Assembly (NCBI GenBank): GCA_002309855.1
Contig: DBYD01000035.1
Location: 9,054-73,053 of the forward strand
Length of the DNA: 64,000 nucleotides
Source of the DNA: Bacteroidales bacterium UBA1195
Lineage (GTDB): Bacteria; Bacteroidota; Bacteroidia; Bacteroidales; WCHB1-69
Reading direction: 5' to 3'
Both the position numbers and the translations under genes were made by a program. Within the stretch, counting starts at the first letter, position 1, and each line of letters opens with the position of its first letter. The notes under the pieces were generated by a model. It worked only from the letters and a program-made list of their open reading frames with translations. It was not told the origin of the DNA and did not search any database. Below, piece by piece: positions 17,236 through 26,598 of this stretch.

Positions 17236-20200
17236 TTAATTGCCTAATTCCAGATTATCGTTCTGCCGGTCCAGTTCCTCCTGCCGCTGCTGTTGCTGTT
17301 TGGCGGCAGCCTCCTCCTTGGCCAGCAAAGAGTTGTACTTGTTCAACGCCAGGGTACGCAGCTCCTCCCCGTCATAATTGTCAATGATGCTCAGATAGGT
17401 GTGCTTGGCTTGGAATGTGTTGCCCTTTTCGGCGTAAATGTCACCAAGCAGAATGTAACTTTTCACCGACCAGTATTCGTAGGCGATGTTCACCAGCACC
17501 TCGAAGACCTTTTTCTCAGCGGTCTCCAAATCACCTTGCAGGTATTCGATGTTGGCCAACATATAGAGCGCCTCCGAAGCATACTCCGACTTGGAGTTCT
17601 TGCTGAGCCAGCCGAACTCCTGCGCAGCAACCGCCCAATCCTTCAGCGAGACAGCCGAACGGGCGATGACGGCATGTGCCTCCTCCCGCATTTCGTTGGA
17701 AACCTTGTCAAGCCCCAGCAATGTCTTGGCCATGATGGTGGCACTATTGAAATTGGAGTCGGCGTAATAGGACCGCATCAGTCCCAAGGCGGTCGCCTCC
17801 TTGTTGGAGGGCAGCAGATCCATCTGCTGCAGACGTTGGTAGCATTTGATGGCGGCCCGATAGTTCCTGTTCTTGAAATGGATGTCAGCGGCATTTAGCA
17901 GCGCAGTTACTTCAAACTGTGCCAACGGATGCTCCATGACATATTCATAATCAGAAAGCGCCTCATTCACATGTGAGCGCCGCATCCGGCACTCGGCGCG
18001 ATAAAAATGGGCGTGGGTGGCAAAAACACCTTCCGGAAATTTTTCAATGTAGGCGTCAAATCCTTTTTCCGCTTCCGGGAACTGCTTATTATAGTATTTG
18101 TCCGCCGCAGAGTTATAAGTGATGGAATCCTGCGCCTCCGGCGTGATGTTGGCGAAGGAGACATTGCGCACATAAGCGAAGAACTCCTCCACATTCCCGG
18201 AGATGGAATAGATGTTCTCGATGTTCTTCAGCGCGGTGGCTGATTCCTTGGTCTTCGGGTAGTCCTGCACAATCTGCTTGAAGATGCGCAAGGCGTTCTC
18301 ATCATCCTCAGCATTGAAATAAACCAGACCGAGCTTCAGCATCACCTCCTTGGTGCGCTGGTTGTTCGGATATTTCCGGATGTAGTCGGTGTACATTTCC
18401 GCCGCCTTGTCCGTGGTGCCCTTGGAAAGGTAGGTGTCGGCAACCTCCAGCAGAGCATCCGAAGTGTAGGTGGAGGCTGGATACTGTTCCCGCAACTGTG
18501 CAAGCAGGGCGATTTTCTCATCATAACGGTAAAGGCCGCCCATAGAGGCCGCCTTCTGATAGAGCGCATAATCGACGTCATAACCGCCCAAGGCAATAGT
18601 CTTGGAGTAATAGCGCTGTGCCTTGTCCAGTTCGGAAAGCATGAAGCAGCAATCGCCCATCCTGTTATAGAGATCGGCCTCCATCCGCTGGTTACCGGCA
18701 TAACCCTTGCGGCTTTCAAACTGTTGGAACTTGGTCAGGGCGTGGGAATACTGACGCTCCTTGAAATGGGCATATCCGGCATTGTAAAAGGCCTGTCCGT
18801 ATTCCTGTGTCCGTGCCGCCCCCTCCGAGGCGAAGAAGCGGTTATAGCCCTCAACGGATGAGGCGTAGTTATGCTCCTGATAGAATGACTCCGCCATCCA
18901 GAAGAGGCTTTGGGAATAGACCTCGGAAAGATAGTTGTTCGCCATTGACTGGGAAAGGACTTTCCGTGCTTCCGCATATTTGCCTGCGTTATATAGTTCC
19001 ATTCCCTTGAAGCATAGCACCCGTTGGTAAGCCTCGTTCAGCCGTGCCGAACGGTGTTCCATTTTTTCCAGAGATTTGATGGCCGCCTGATAGTTTTTGG
19101 TAGTCAGGTAAATGTCGGAAAGATATTGTTCGGCCTCCGCCCGCCGTGCCGCCTTGGGATATTCGTTGATGTATTTTTCCAGCGCGGAGATGGCGTTGGA
19201 AAATGGGTTGGCGGAGAGTTCGTACTGAAGCTTTGCGTAGGTAAAAAGGGCATCCTCCGTCAGGTAAGGATCCTTCTTCAATTCATACGCGGCATAGAAT
19301 GTATTGGCGGCAAACTCCTTACGGCCGGTCTGCAGATAGCAGTCGCCGATGGCGAAATAAACCTGCTGGTTAATCGAATCCTGATTCCTGCAGATGGCCC
19401 GTGTGAGGCATTTTATGGCATCCTCATACTGTTTTTCATGATAATGGCAATACCCCAAACAATAATAATCCTCGCATGTGGCCATCTCCACCTTTGCAAA
19501 ATAGTTGTTCATGTAAGGGATGGCCTCCTTATACTTTCCCATGGAATAGTAAGACTGTGCCACAATCCGGTTGATTTCAGGCTCCCGTTTTTCCGTGCTT
19601 TTTTCCAACAGGCTCCCCGCCTCTGCCACCACCTTTTCGTATTCGCCCATCGCGTAGCGGATTTGGGCGATGTAGAAGGGGACGATGCTGCTGTAGCCCG
19701 ACACCTCCTTAAGCTTTTCAAAGCCATCGATGGCGGCCCGGTAACTACGCTCCTCATAAAGGATATGGGAATAATAGAAAAGAGCCTTGTTCGCATACGG
19801 GCTGTCGGTCCCCTTCACCTCCGCAAAAAGCGGCTTCGCCTCGTCATAGTTGTTCTCGTAGAAATAACAGTAGCCCTTTTTGAAGAGGTATTCCAAACGG
19901 CTCACCGGATCCAGCGCACCCTCATCCACACGTTCGTAAGATTCCAATGCAAGATGATAGGCGCTGCTGTTGAAGCGGTAGTTTGCCAGATTCCAGTACA
20001 ACTGGCTGGAATGGATGCTTTCGGGATAGGTTCCTGTGTAGGCGTTGCAAAGCATGCCGGCATCCTTGTGATGCAGACGGCAGGCACAGACCGCCGCATA
20101 AAAGTGGGCCTCCTCCCGTTGTGCCTCACAGAAGCCGGTGGCATCTGACATGATTTTCATGAACAAATCTTTGGCCGCACCATATTGTTGCATTTCAAAC

Positions 20201-20334
20201 AATTCTTTGGCCGTCTTCAACTGGGCTTCCGGCATCTGGAAGGTCTGGGTCTTTTGTGCGGAAACATCGCTCAAAAAAAGCATCAGAAGACAGATGCACA
20301 GAGTTTTACATAATTTTATCGTGCTATTCTGCAT
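17236..20334 (-). CDS. Tetratricopeptide-repeat protein (1032 aa, secreted)
   Basis: It has a signal peptide and many TPR-like 34-aa units (recurring A..Y......Y..A...F patterns). Confidence 0.75.
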   Translation of the reverse strand: MQNSTIKLCKTLCICLLMLFLSDVSAQKTQTFQMPEAQLKTAKELFEMQQYGAAKDLFMKIMSDATGFCEAQREEAHFYAAVCACRLHHKDAGMLCNAYTGTYPESIHSSQLYWNLANYRFNSSAYHLALESYERVDEGALDPVSRLEYLFKKGYCYFYENNYDEAKPLFAEVKGTDSPYANKALFYYSHILYEERSYRAAIDGFEKLKEVSGYSSIVPFYIAQIRYAMGEYEKVVAEAGSLLEKSTEKREPEINRIVAQSYYSMGKYKEAIPYMNNYFAKVEMATCEDYYCLGYCHYHEKQYEDAIKCLTRAICRNQDSINQQVYFAIGDCYLQTGRKEFAANTFYAAYELKKDPYLTEDALFTYAKLQYELSANPFSNAISALEKYINEYPKAARRAEAEQYLSDIYLTTKNYQAAIKSLEKMEHRSARLNEAYQRVLCFKGMELYNAGKYAEARKVLSQSMANNYLSEVYSQSLFWMAESFYQEHNYASSVEGYNRFFASEGAARTQEYGQAFYNAGYAHFKERQYSHALTKFQQFESRKGYAGNQRMEADLYNRMGDCCFMLSELDKAQRYYSKTIALGGYDVDYALYQKAASMGGLYRYDEKIALLAQLREQYPASTYTSDALLEVADTYLSKGTTDKAAEMYTDYIRKYPNNQRTKEVMLKLGLVYFNAEDDENALRIFKQIVQDYPKTKESATALKNIENIYSISGNVEEFFAYVRNVSFANITPEAQDSITYNSAADKYYNKQFPEAEKGFDAYIEKFPEGVFATHAHFYRAECRMRRSHVNEALSDYEYVMEHPLAQFEVTALLNAADIHFKNRNYRAAIKCYQRLQQMDLLPSNKEATALGLMRSYYADSNFNSATIMAKTLLGLDKVSNEMREEAHAVIARSAVSLKDWAVAAQEFGWLSKNSKSEYASEALYMLANIEYLQGDLETAEKKVFEVLVNIAYEYWSVKSYILLGDIYAEKGNTFQAKHTYLSIIDNYDGEELRTLALNKYNSLLAKEEAAAKQQQQRQEELDRQNDNLELGN

Positions 20335-20530
20335 GTTTTTAACGTTTTTACATTACATATCTGTGGTTCACACCTGCAAAAATAGTCCTCTTTGCATCGG
20401 AAAAAGGAGTTTGGAGGCAATCTTTTTTCAACACGTTTTTGTTGATTCGGCACACTGTTTTTTTTCCTGCACAAAAGACACAATAAAAAACAATATGCCG
20501 CGTTTGAAACACACAATACGCTAAAGAGCC

Positions 20531-23500
20531 ATGGAAGCACACGACAACGAACTAATTGAAAAACTGGAGCTTTTTGTCCGCAAATACTACAACAACATTG
20601 CGGTGCGCGGCTGCATTCTGTTTGCTGCCATCCTGCTGGCACTTTTCCTGATTGTATCCCTTTTTGAATACTACACCTACAGCAATACTATTGTCCGCAC
20701 CTGCATATTCTACGGATTTCTGATTTTGAATGCCGGCGTGCTCACAGGCATGATCCTGCTGCCGCTATTCCGCAAGGCCGGCTGGCTGAAAAGGCTAAGT
20801 TATGAGGATGCGGCCCGTCTGATCGGGAAACATTTTCCTGAAATCGATGACAAACTGCTGAACACACTGCAACTTCACGAGCTCGCCGAACAGAATCCCG
20901 AAGGATACAGCCTGCTGGATGCCGCAATTGAACGTAGAATCGAGCAGATGAAACCTTTCACCTTCCATAAGGCGATTGACTTCCGCAAAAACCTGAAATA
21001 TCTTAAATATGCGCTGCCACCCGCCCTGATAATCCTTCTGCTTCTTGGCTGGAACAGCGAGCTCTTCACCGGACCGACCCGACGGATCATTCACCATCAG
21101 ACCGCATATGAAAAGCCGGCCCCATACCAGTTTGAATGGGAGAATCCGGTTTCGGAACTGTTTCAGGATGAAGATCTACAAATCACGGTGAAAATCAAAG
21201 GCAAAGAGACTCCAGAGGAGGCATTTGTCAATGCTGACGGCGTACGGTACCGGATGGAGCGGGTTTCAACCGTGGAATTCCGCTACAAGCTGAAAAGGCT
21301 CCGCAACGATACCCGTCTCCACTTTGAGAGTGAGGAGGTGAGGTCACCGGAACATCACATACGTGTATTGCCAAAACCCAACCTGTTGCATTTCAGCGTC
21401 ACGCTGGATTATCCGGCCTACCTGCACAAAATCACCGAAACGATGGACAACAACGGAAACATAACAGTTCCGCAAGGCACACACATCACCTGGAAATTCC
21501 ACACAGCAAATGCCGATGAAGTGCAGATCACCACTGGCACACAGCAAATCCGCATTCCATGCAACAATAATCTCTGCAGCTACGGCGTACAGGCCAGAAA
21601 CGATTTCTCATATCAGGTTTCAAGCAGCAACAGTTATCTGAACAACCGTGACTCCCTGCAGTATTTTGTCAGTGTCATTCCTGATGCATTTCCTGAAATC
21701 CATGTGGAGAGGAGTCAGGATTCGCTCTATTTCGACCGATTTTATTTCAAAGGCGGAATACGCGACGACTACGGCTTCCGGAAACTGCAGTTTGTCAGTT
21801 TTGTCATGAAGGACAAGGACACGGTGCGCCCTGCCACAGCAACCCCAATCCCCTTCCAACCGGACGCCACCGCCCAACCCTTCTATTTCTATTTTGACGC
21901 ACAGACGCTCTCCCTCTCATTAGGGGAAAGTCTGCACTATTATTTTGAAGTCTGGGACAATGATGGGGTGAACGGCAGCAAACGGAGCCGCACCGGCGAA
22001 ATGACATTCAAACTTCCCACAGCCGATGAGATCAGGGAGCAGTCGGAGCAGGTGAAGCAGGAAACCAAAGAGGGTCTCTCCCAAATGATGAAGGAAAATA
22101 GTGAGATTTTGCAACGCATTGAGGCTCTTAAGAAAAAAATGATAGGACAGAAGGAGGCCGGTTGGCAGGAAAAAAAGGAACTGGAAGAGCTGATCAGGCA
22201 ATGGCAGGAGCTGAAAAAGGAGACAGAAAATGCCATTGAAGCGCAAAAAAGGCAGCAGGAACTGGAAAACCAATATGAAAGCCTCTCCGATGAAATTCTT
22301 CAGAAGCAGGAGGAGCTGCAGCAGCGAATGGACGAACTATTCTCCGATGAAATGAAGCAGACCATGATGGAAATCCAGCGTATGATGGAAAAGGAGATGG
22401 ACAAGGAGAAGTTGAATGAGGCACTGGAGAAAATCCGTATGTCCACTGAGGAACTGAACAAACAGCTGGACATGGATCTGGCCCTCTTCAAGCGTTTGGA
22501 GGTGGAGCAGAAAATGGAAAACATTCTGGAACAGGCGGACAAGCTGGCCGAAAAGCAGCTGGAACTCGCCAAGGAGGCCGCCAAGAACGATGCGGACAAC
22601 AAAGCAATCGAACAGAAACAGCAGCAGCTCAAGAATGAATTCAACCAATTGATGGAGGATGCGGAAAGTCTGCGTGAACTAAATAACAAACTGGAACAGC
22701 CTTTCAAAATTCCAGACCAGAAAACATTGGAAAACAACATCCGGAAGGAGATGCAGCAGGCAATGGAACAGTTGCAGAAGCAGAACGGCAAACAGGCCGC
22801 GCCGCACCAGCAGAAGGCAGGCGAACAGATGCAGCAGATGCAGCAGAAGATGGAGTCCGATTTTCAGGCGAGCATGGACAACAGCGCGGCAGAGGATGTG
22901 CAAAGCATCCGCAGGATATTGGACAACATAGTAAAAGCCTCATTCCAACAGGAAAAGCTGATGAAGCGGCTTGCAGGAATGAACATCCAGGACCCAAATG
23001 CCAAAGAGGTGATCCGCGACCAGTTCACGTTAAAGGAGAACCTCCGCATGATTGAAGACAGCATCGCAGCCATCGCCAAACGCCAACAGGCGGTGAAACC
23101 GTTTGTCTATAAACAAATCACCCAAATCAACAACGCCCAGCGTCAGATCCTTTCGGACATCGGACAGACACAGGAACAGGTGTACTATTATTATCGTCCG
23201 CGCAACTTCAACAACGCCGTATCAAAACAACAGTATGTCATGACATCCTTGAACGACTTGGCCCTGATGCTCGCCGAATCGATGACAAACATCCAGCAGC
23301 AGGGGGCAAAAGGCGGTAACTCATGCAAGAGCGGCCAATGCAAGCAGGGAAGCAGCAGCGGTGGGAACAAGCCAAAGGACATGAAATCGCTGCGTGAAAT
23401 GCAGGAACAGCTCAACAAACAGTTGGAGGAGATGCGCAAGCAACAGGGCGGACAGCCCTCCAAACAGGGGCAGACAGGCAAAAAACAGGGGCAGACAGGC

Positions 23501-23929
23501 AACCAGAGCGAGCAGTTCGCCCGTATGGCGGCCCGTCAGGAGGCCATACGCCGCATGATGCAGGACAAGCTCTCCCAGTTACAGAAGGAGGGGCGCCAAG
23601 CTGAGGCCGGCAACGTGCAACGGATGATGAAGGAGATGGAGCAGACCGAAAAGGAGCTGGTCAACAAAATCCTGAACCAGGAAACTATTAACCGCCAGCG
23701 CGACATAACCACCAGGATGCTGCAATCCGAAAGAGCGGAAATGCAGCGGGAAAAGGACGATACCAGAGAATCCAAACAGGGTCGCGAGCTCCAGCGCACT
23801 CCGCCGCCGGAATGGATCAACCGGCAGAACCAACGGCAGCAGCAGACAGAGATGTACCGGACTGTTCCGCCAAGCATGACGCCGTTCTACAAGCAGAAGG
23901 CCAACCAATATTTTTATCATTTCGAATAA
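20531..23929 (+). CDS. Large membrane-anchored coiled-coil protein (DUF4175-like)
   Basis: It has N-terminal TM helices followed by a ~600-aa Q/E/K-rich coiled coil. Its stop TAA overlaps the next ATG (TAATG). Confidence 0.4.
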   Translation: MEAHDNELIEKLELFVRKYYNNIAVRGCILFAAILLALFLIVSLFEYYTYSNTIVRTCIFYGFLILNAGVLTGMILLPLFRKAGWLKRLSYEDAARLIGKHFPEIDDKLLNTLQLHELAEQNPEGYSLLDAAIERRIEQMKPFTFHKAIDFRKNLKYLKYALPPALIILLLLGWNSELFTGPTRRIIHHQTAYEKPAPYQFEWENPVSELFQDEDLQITVKIKGKETPEEAFVNADGVRYRMERVSTVEFRYKLKRLRNDTRLHFESEEVRSPEHHIRVLPKPNLLHFSVTLDYPAYLHKITETMDNNGNITVPQGTHITWKFHTANADEVQITTGTQQIRIPCNNNLCSYGVQARNDFSYQVSSSNSYLNNRDSLQYFVSVIPDAFPEIHVERSQDSLYFDRFYFKGGIRDDYGFRKLQFVSFVMKDKDTVRPATATPIPFQPDATAQPFYFYFDAQTLSLSLGESLHYYFEVWDNDGVNGSKRSRTGEMTFKLPTADEIREQSEQVKQETKEGLSQMMKENSEILQRIEALKKKMIGQKEAGWQEKKELEELIRQWQELKKETENAIEAQKRQQELENQYESLSDEILQKQEELQQRMDELFSDEMKQTMMEIQRMMEKEMDKEKLNEALEKIRMSTEELNKQLDMDLALFKRLEVEQKMENILEQADKLAEKQLELAKEAAKNDADNKAIEQKQQQLKNEFNQLMEDAESLRELNNKLEQPFKIPDQKTLENNIRKEMQQAMEQLQKQNGKQAAPHQQKAGEQMQQMQQKMESDFQASMDNSAAEDVQSIRRILDNIVKASFQQEKLMKRLAGMNIQDPNAKEVIRDQFTLKENLRMIEDSIAAIAKRQQAVKPFVYKQITQINNAQRQILSDIGQTQEQVYYYYRPRNFNNAVSKQQYVMTSLNDLALMLAESMTNIQQQGAKGGNSCKSGQCKQGSSSGGNKPKDMKSLREMQEQLNKQLEEMRKQQGGQPSKQGQTGKKQGQTGNQSEQFARMAARQEAIRRMMQDKLSQLQKEGRQAEAGNVQRMMKEMEQTEKELVNKILNQETINRQRDITTRMLQSERAEMQREKDDTRESKQGRELQRTPPPEWINRQNQRQQQTEMYRTVPPSMTPFYKQKANQYFYHFE

Positions 23930-25395
23930 TGCATTTACACCATTCCCGGTGCGGAACACTGATGTTGGCACTGCTTTGTGTTTTGTCACTCCAGCTCTGC
24001 GGACAACACGACACAGCACTCCGCCTTAGAATGGAACTTTCCGACACCCTGCGCAATTCAGGGCTTGCCCTGCCGGCATGGCACCGTACCCCTACCCGCT
24101 CCACGGTGGCAGAAGATGCCGAAAAAACACTCACCTATCTGGAAAACCACGGATTCCCTTTTGCGGAGGTGCGCATGTGGCAGCCATCCCTCCAACATCC
24201 TGACTCAGTTGTGGTGCAAATCATCGCAAATCCATTCATCCGCTGGGACAGCATAGTGCTGAAAGGCGATGCCCGCCTCTCTCCACGCTTTCTATACCCA
24301 TACCTGAAAATCCGGCGCGGAACCCCATACCGCGAACAGTGCGTCACACAGGCGGCAACAGCATTGAACGTCCTGCCTTATGTGGAGATGACACGTCCTC
24401 CCTCCCCCACCTTCACCTCCGAATCGGCTGCACTTTACGTTTATCTCAACAAGAAAAACGCCAACAGTTTCGACGGATATGTCGGCTTTGGCTCAAACGG
24501 ACAGGGCGACGGCATCACCCTTTACGGACAGATGCAGCTGAAACTCACAAATGTGCTGGCACGTGGGGAGGAGTTTTCCGTGGACTGGAACCGTCCGCGT
24601 CCCGAGCACCAGCAGCTGCAGGTTGAAGGCAGCTATCCCTGCCTGTTCGGCACACCGTTCGGGCTGTACGGACAGTTCTTCCTGCTGAAAAGCGACAGCA
24701 CATATCACCGGGTTTCCCTGCCCATAGGGTTCCGCCACCTGCTTAAAGGCAACGATTTCATCCAAATGTATTACCGGTATGAACGCAGCAGCACCATAGC
24801 CACATCCGGCCAAAGAGACTGCAGAAGCGACATGTACGGTCTTCGCTTTTCCGCACTGCGAACCGACCGGATACGCATTCCGCATAAGGGATTTCACCTT
24901 GACCTGTCGGGCGAAATCGGACGGAAAACAGAGATTGCCGATGGAGAACACAACACGGTGGCACGCGGCAGCGGCAACGCAGAGGGATTTCTGCCGTTCG
25001 GCAGGCGCTGGGTGCAATACATACGGTTTCAAAGCGGAATCATTCTCGACAACCGCCTGAACAGCAGCGACCTCTTCATGTTGGGTGGGCTGCGCAGCCT
25101 GCGCGGTCTGGACGAACAGTCCGTCACCGCCTCGGCTTACACATTTCTGACCGGGGAACTTCGTTTTTTCATGGATAGGGACATGTTTCTTCAAGCATTT
25201 GCGGACGGCGGCTGGTACGAGCGGAAAGGTGTCGGCGGCTACCGGAACGACCACCCGGTCGGCATGGGCATCGGCTTCTCATTCGACTCCAAGGCCGGAC
25301 TGCTCAGCCTCAACTACGCCGTTGCCGCCCACGACGGCCAAGGCTTCCGCCTCCGCGCCGCAAAGGTCTGCGTGGGGTATAGTGCGGTGTTCTGA
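23929..25395 (+). CDS. Omp85/BamA-TamA-family outer membrane protein
   Basis: It has a signal peptide (MHLHHSRCGTLMLALLCVLSLQLCGQ), a POTRA-like N-terminus and a beta-barrel C-terminus ending ..VGYSAVF. Confidence 0.55.
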   Translation: MHLHHSRCGTLMLALLCVLSLQLCGQHDTALRLRMELSDTLRNSGLALPAWHRTPTRSTVAEDAEKTLTYLENHGFPFAEVRMWQPSLQHPDSVVVQIIANPFIRWDSIVLKGDARLSPRFLYPYLKIRRGTPYREQCVTQAATALNVLPYVEMTRPPSPTFTSESAALYVYLNKKNANSFDGYVGFGSNGQGDGITLYGQMQLKLTNVLARGEEFSVDWNRPRPEHQQLQVEGSYPCLFGTPFGLYGQFFLLKSDSTYHRVSLPIGFRHLLKGNDFIQMYYRYERSSTIATSGQRDCRSDMYGLRFSALRTDRIRIPHKGFHLDLSGEIGRKTEIADGEHNTVARGSGNAEGFLPFGRRWVQYIRFQSGIILDNRLNSSDLFMLGGLRSLRGLDEQSVTASAYTFLTGELRFFMDRDMFLQAFADGGWYERKGVGGYRNDHPVGMGIGFSFDSKAGLLSLNYAVAAHDGQGFRLRAAKVCVGYSAVF

Positions 25396-25486
25396 AAAAA
25401 AAAATCCCGCAAACCTGCATTCCGTATTCGGATTTGTTATATTTTTGCAAAATTAAAATAATATTAAAACAATATCAGATTCGGAT

Positions 25487-26398
25487 ATGAGGAAAGCGAT
25501 TGTTTTTTCAATAATTGTATGCCTTGCCAGTTGGGCGGCATTCGCCGCAGCATACTGGGGACTCGGGCTTTCAAAACAATCTGTCGGGCTAAACCTGTTT
25601 TCGGTCTTCTACATGTTCATGCCATTATTGACGGCACTCGTCCTGCAGGCCGTTCACAAGGAGAAATTCAACCATACGGGATTGGTCAGCTTCAATTTGT
25701 CTTGGGCATGGCTTGTGGCCTGGCTGCTGCCAGTGTTCATGGTGGCAGCCTGCATATTCGTCAACGGGCTGATGCCGGGCGTCACACTGGAGTACAACGC
25801 CGAGCAGCTAATCAACCAGATGAATGTCCCTGAAGAGCAGCAGGAACTTGTAAGGGAGCAGATTGGAAAAATGCCGGCTGCAATGATGATTGTCATGGTA
25901 CTGTTCAGCGGCCTGATTGCCGGTGTCACCGTCAATGCGGTGGCCGCCTTCGGTGAAGAGTACGGCTGGCGGAACTATCTTGTCGGCGCATTGCGCAATG
26001 TGAAGTTCGCCAAAGCTGCATTGTTTATCGGCGTTGTCTGGGGCATCTGGCACTTTCCGCTCATCCTGATGGGCCACAACTATCCGGACCACCCGCAGTG
26101 GGGAGTGCCGATGATGGTGGCGATGTGCATTCTGCTCGGCATTATCGAGCTGTATTTTGTGCTGAAGGCAAAATCGATGATAGTGGCGGCCATAATGCAC
26201 GGCACCGTCAACGCGTTGGCCGGCACATACATCTTTTTCACTTATGGCGGCAACAGTCTGCTGAACGGCATGGCAGGACTCTCCGGATTCATTGTCATGG
26301 CATTTGTCATACTCTGCATCCGGTTATACGACAAACATATTTCAAAGGATAACATCTGTTCAATGACCCTTGGTGAAGCATTGGAGAGGGAGTCATGA
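25487..26398 (+). CDS. CPBP-family intramembrane glutamic endopeptidase (CAAX protease/Abi)
   Basis: It is a multi-TM protein with EEYGWRNY, WGIWHFP and HGTVNAL motifs (EExxxR / FxxxH / HxxxN). Confidence 0.75.
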   Translation: MRKAIVFSIIVCLASWAAFAAAYWGLGLSKQSVGLNLFSVFYMFMPLLTALVLQAVHKEKFNHTGLVSFNLSWAWLVAWLLPVFMVAACIFVNGLMPGVTLEYNAEQLINQMNVPEEQQELVREQIGKMPAAMMIVMVLFSGLIAGVTVNAVAAFGEEYGWRNYLVGALRNVKFAKAALFIGVVWGIWHFPLILMGHNYPDHPQWGVPMMVAMCILLGIIELYFVLKAKSMIVAAIMHGTVNALAGTYIFFTYGGNSLLNGMAGLSGFIVMAFVILCIRLYDKHISKDNICSMTLGEALERES

Positions 26399-26598
26399 CA
26401 AAGGATAAGGAGAACACGAACGGGACAAAAAGCTTCCTGCTGCGCATGGACTCCAATACGATGGAGGCTGTGGAGCGATGGGCTGCGGACGAATTCCGCT
26501 CCGTCAACGGGCAGCTGCAGTGGATTGTTGCGGAGGCGCTGAAAAAGAGCGGACGGAACTGCCGCGCCGACCGGAAAGAGGAAGGGGGCCGGTCATGA
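26395..26598 (+). CDS. Arc/MetJ-type ribbon-helix-helix protein (67 aa)
   Basis: The block FLLRMDSNTMEAVERWAADEFRSVNGQLQWIVAEALKK fits the RHH pattern. It has ATGA overlaps with both the upstream and downstream genes. Confidence 0.55.
   Translation: MTKDKENTNGTKSFLLRMDSNTMEAVERWAADEFRSVNGQLQWIVAEALKKSGRNCRADRKEEGGRS

Noticed and set aside
22000-23800. Apparent nucleotide repetitiveness (CAGCAG/GAAGAG-rich) in the large ORF, considered as a DNA-level repeat element.
   Set aside because: It is explained by Q/E/K-rich coiled-coil coding sequence. No exact long repeats were seen.
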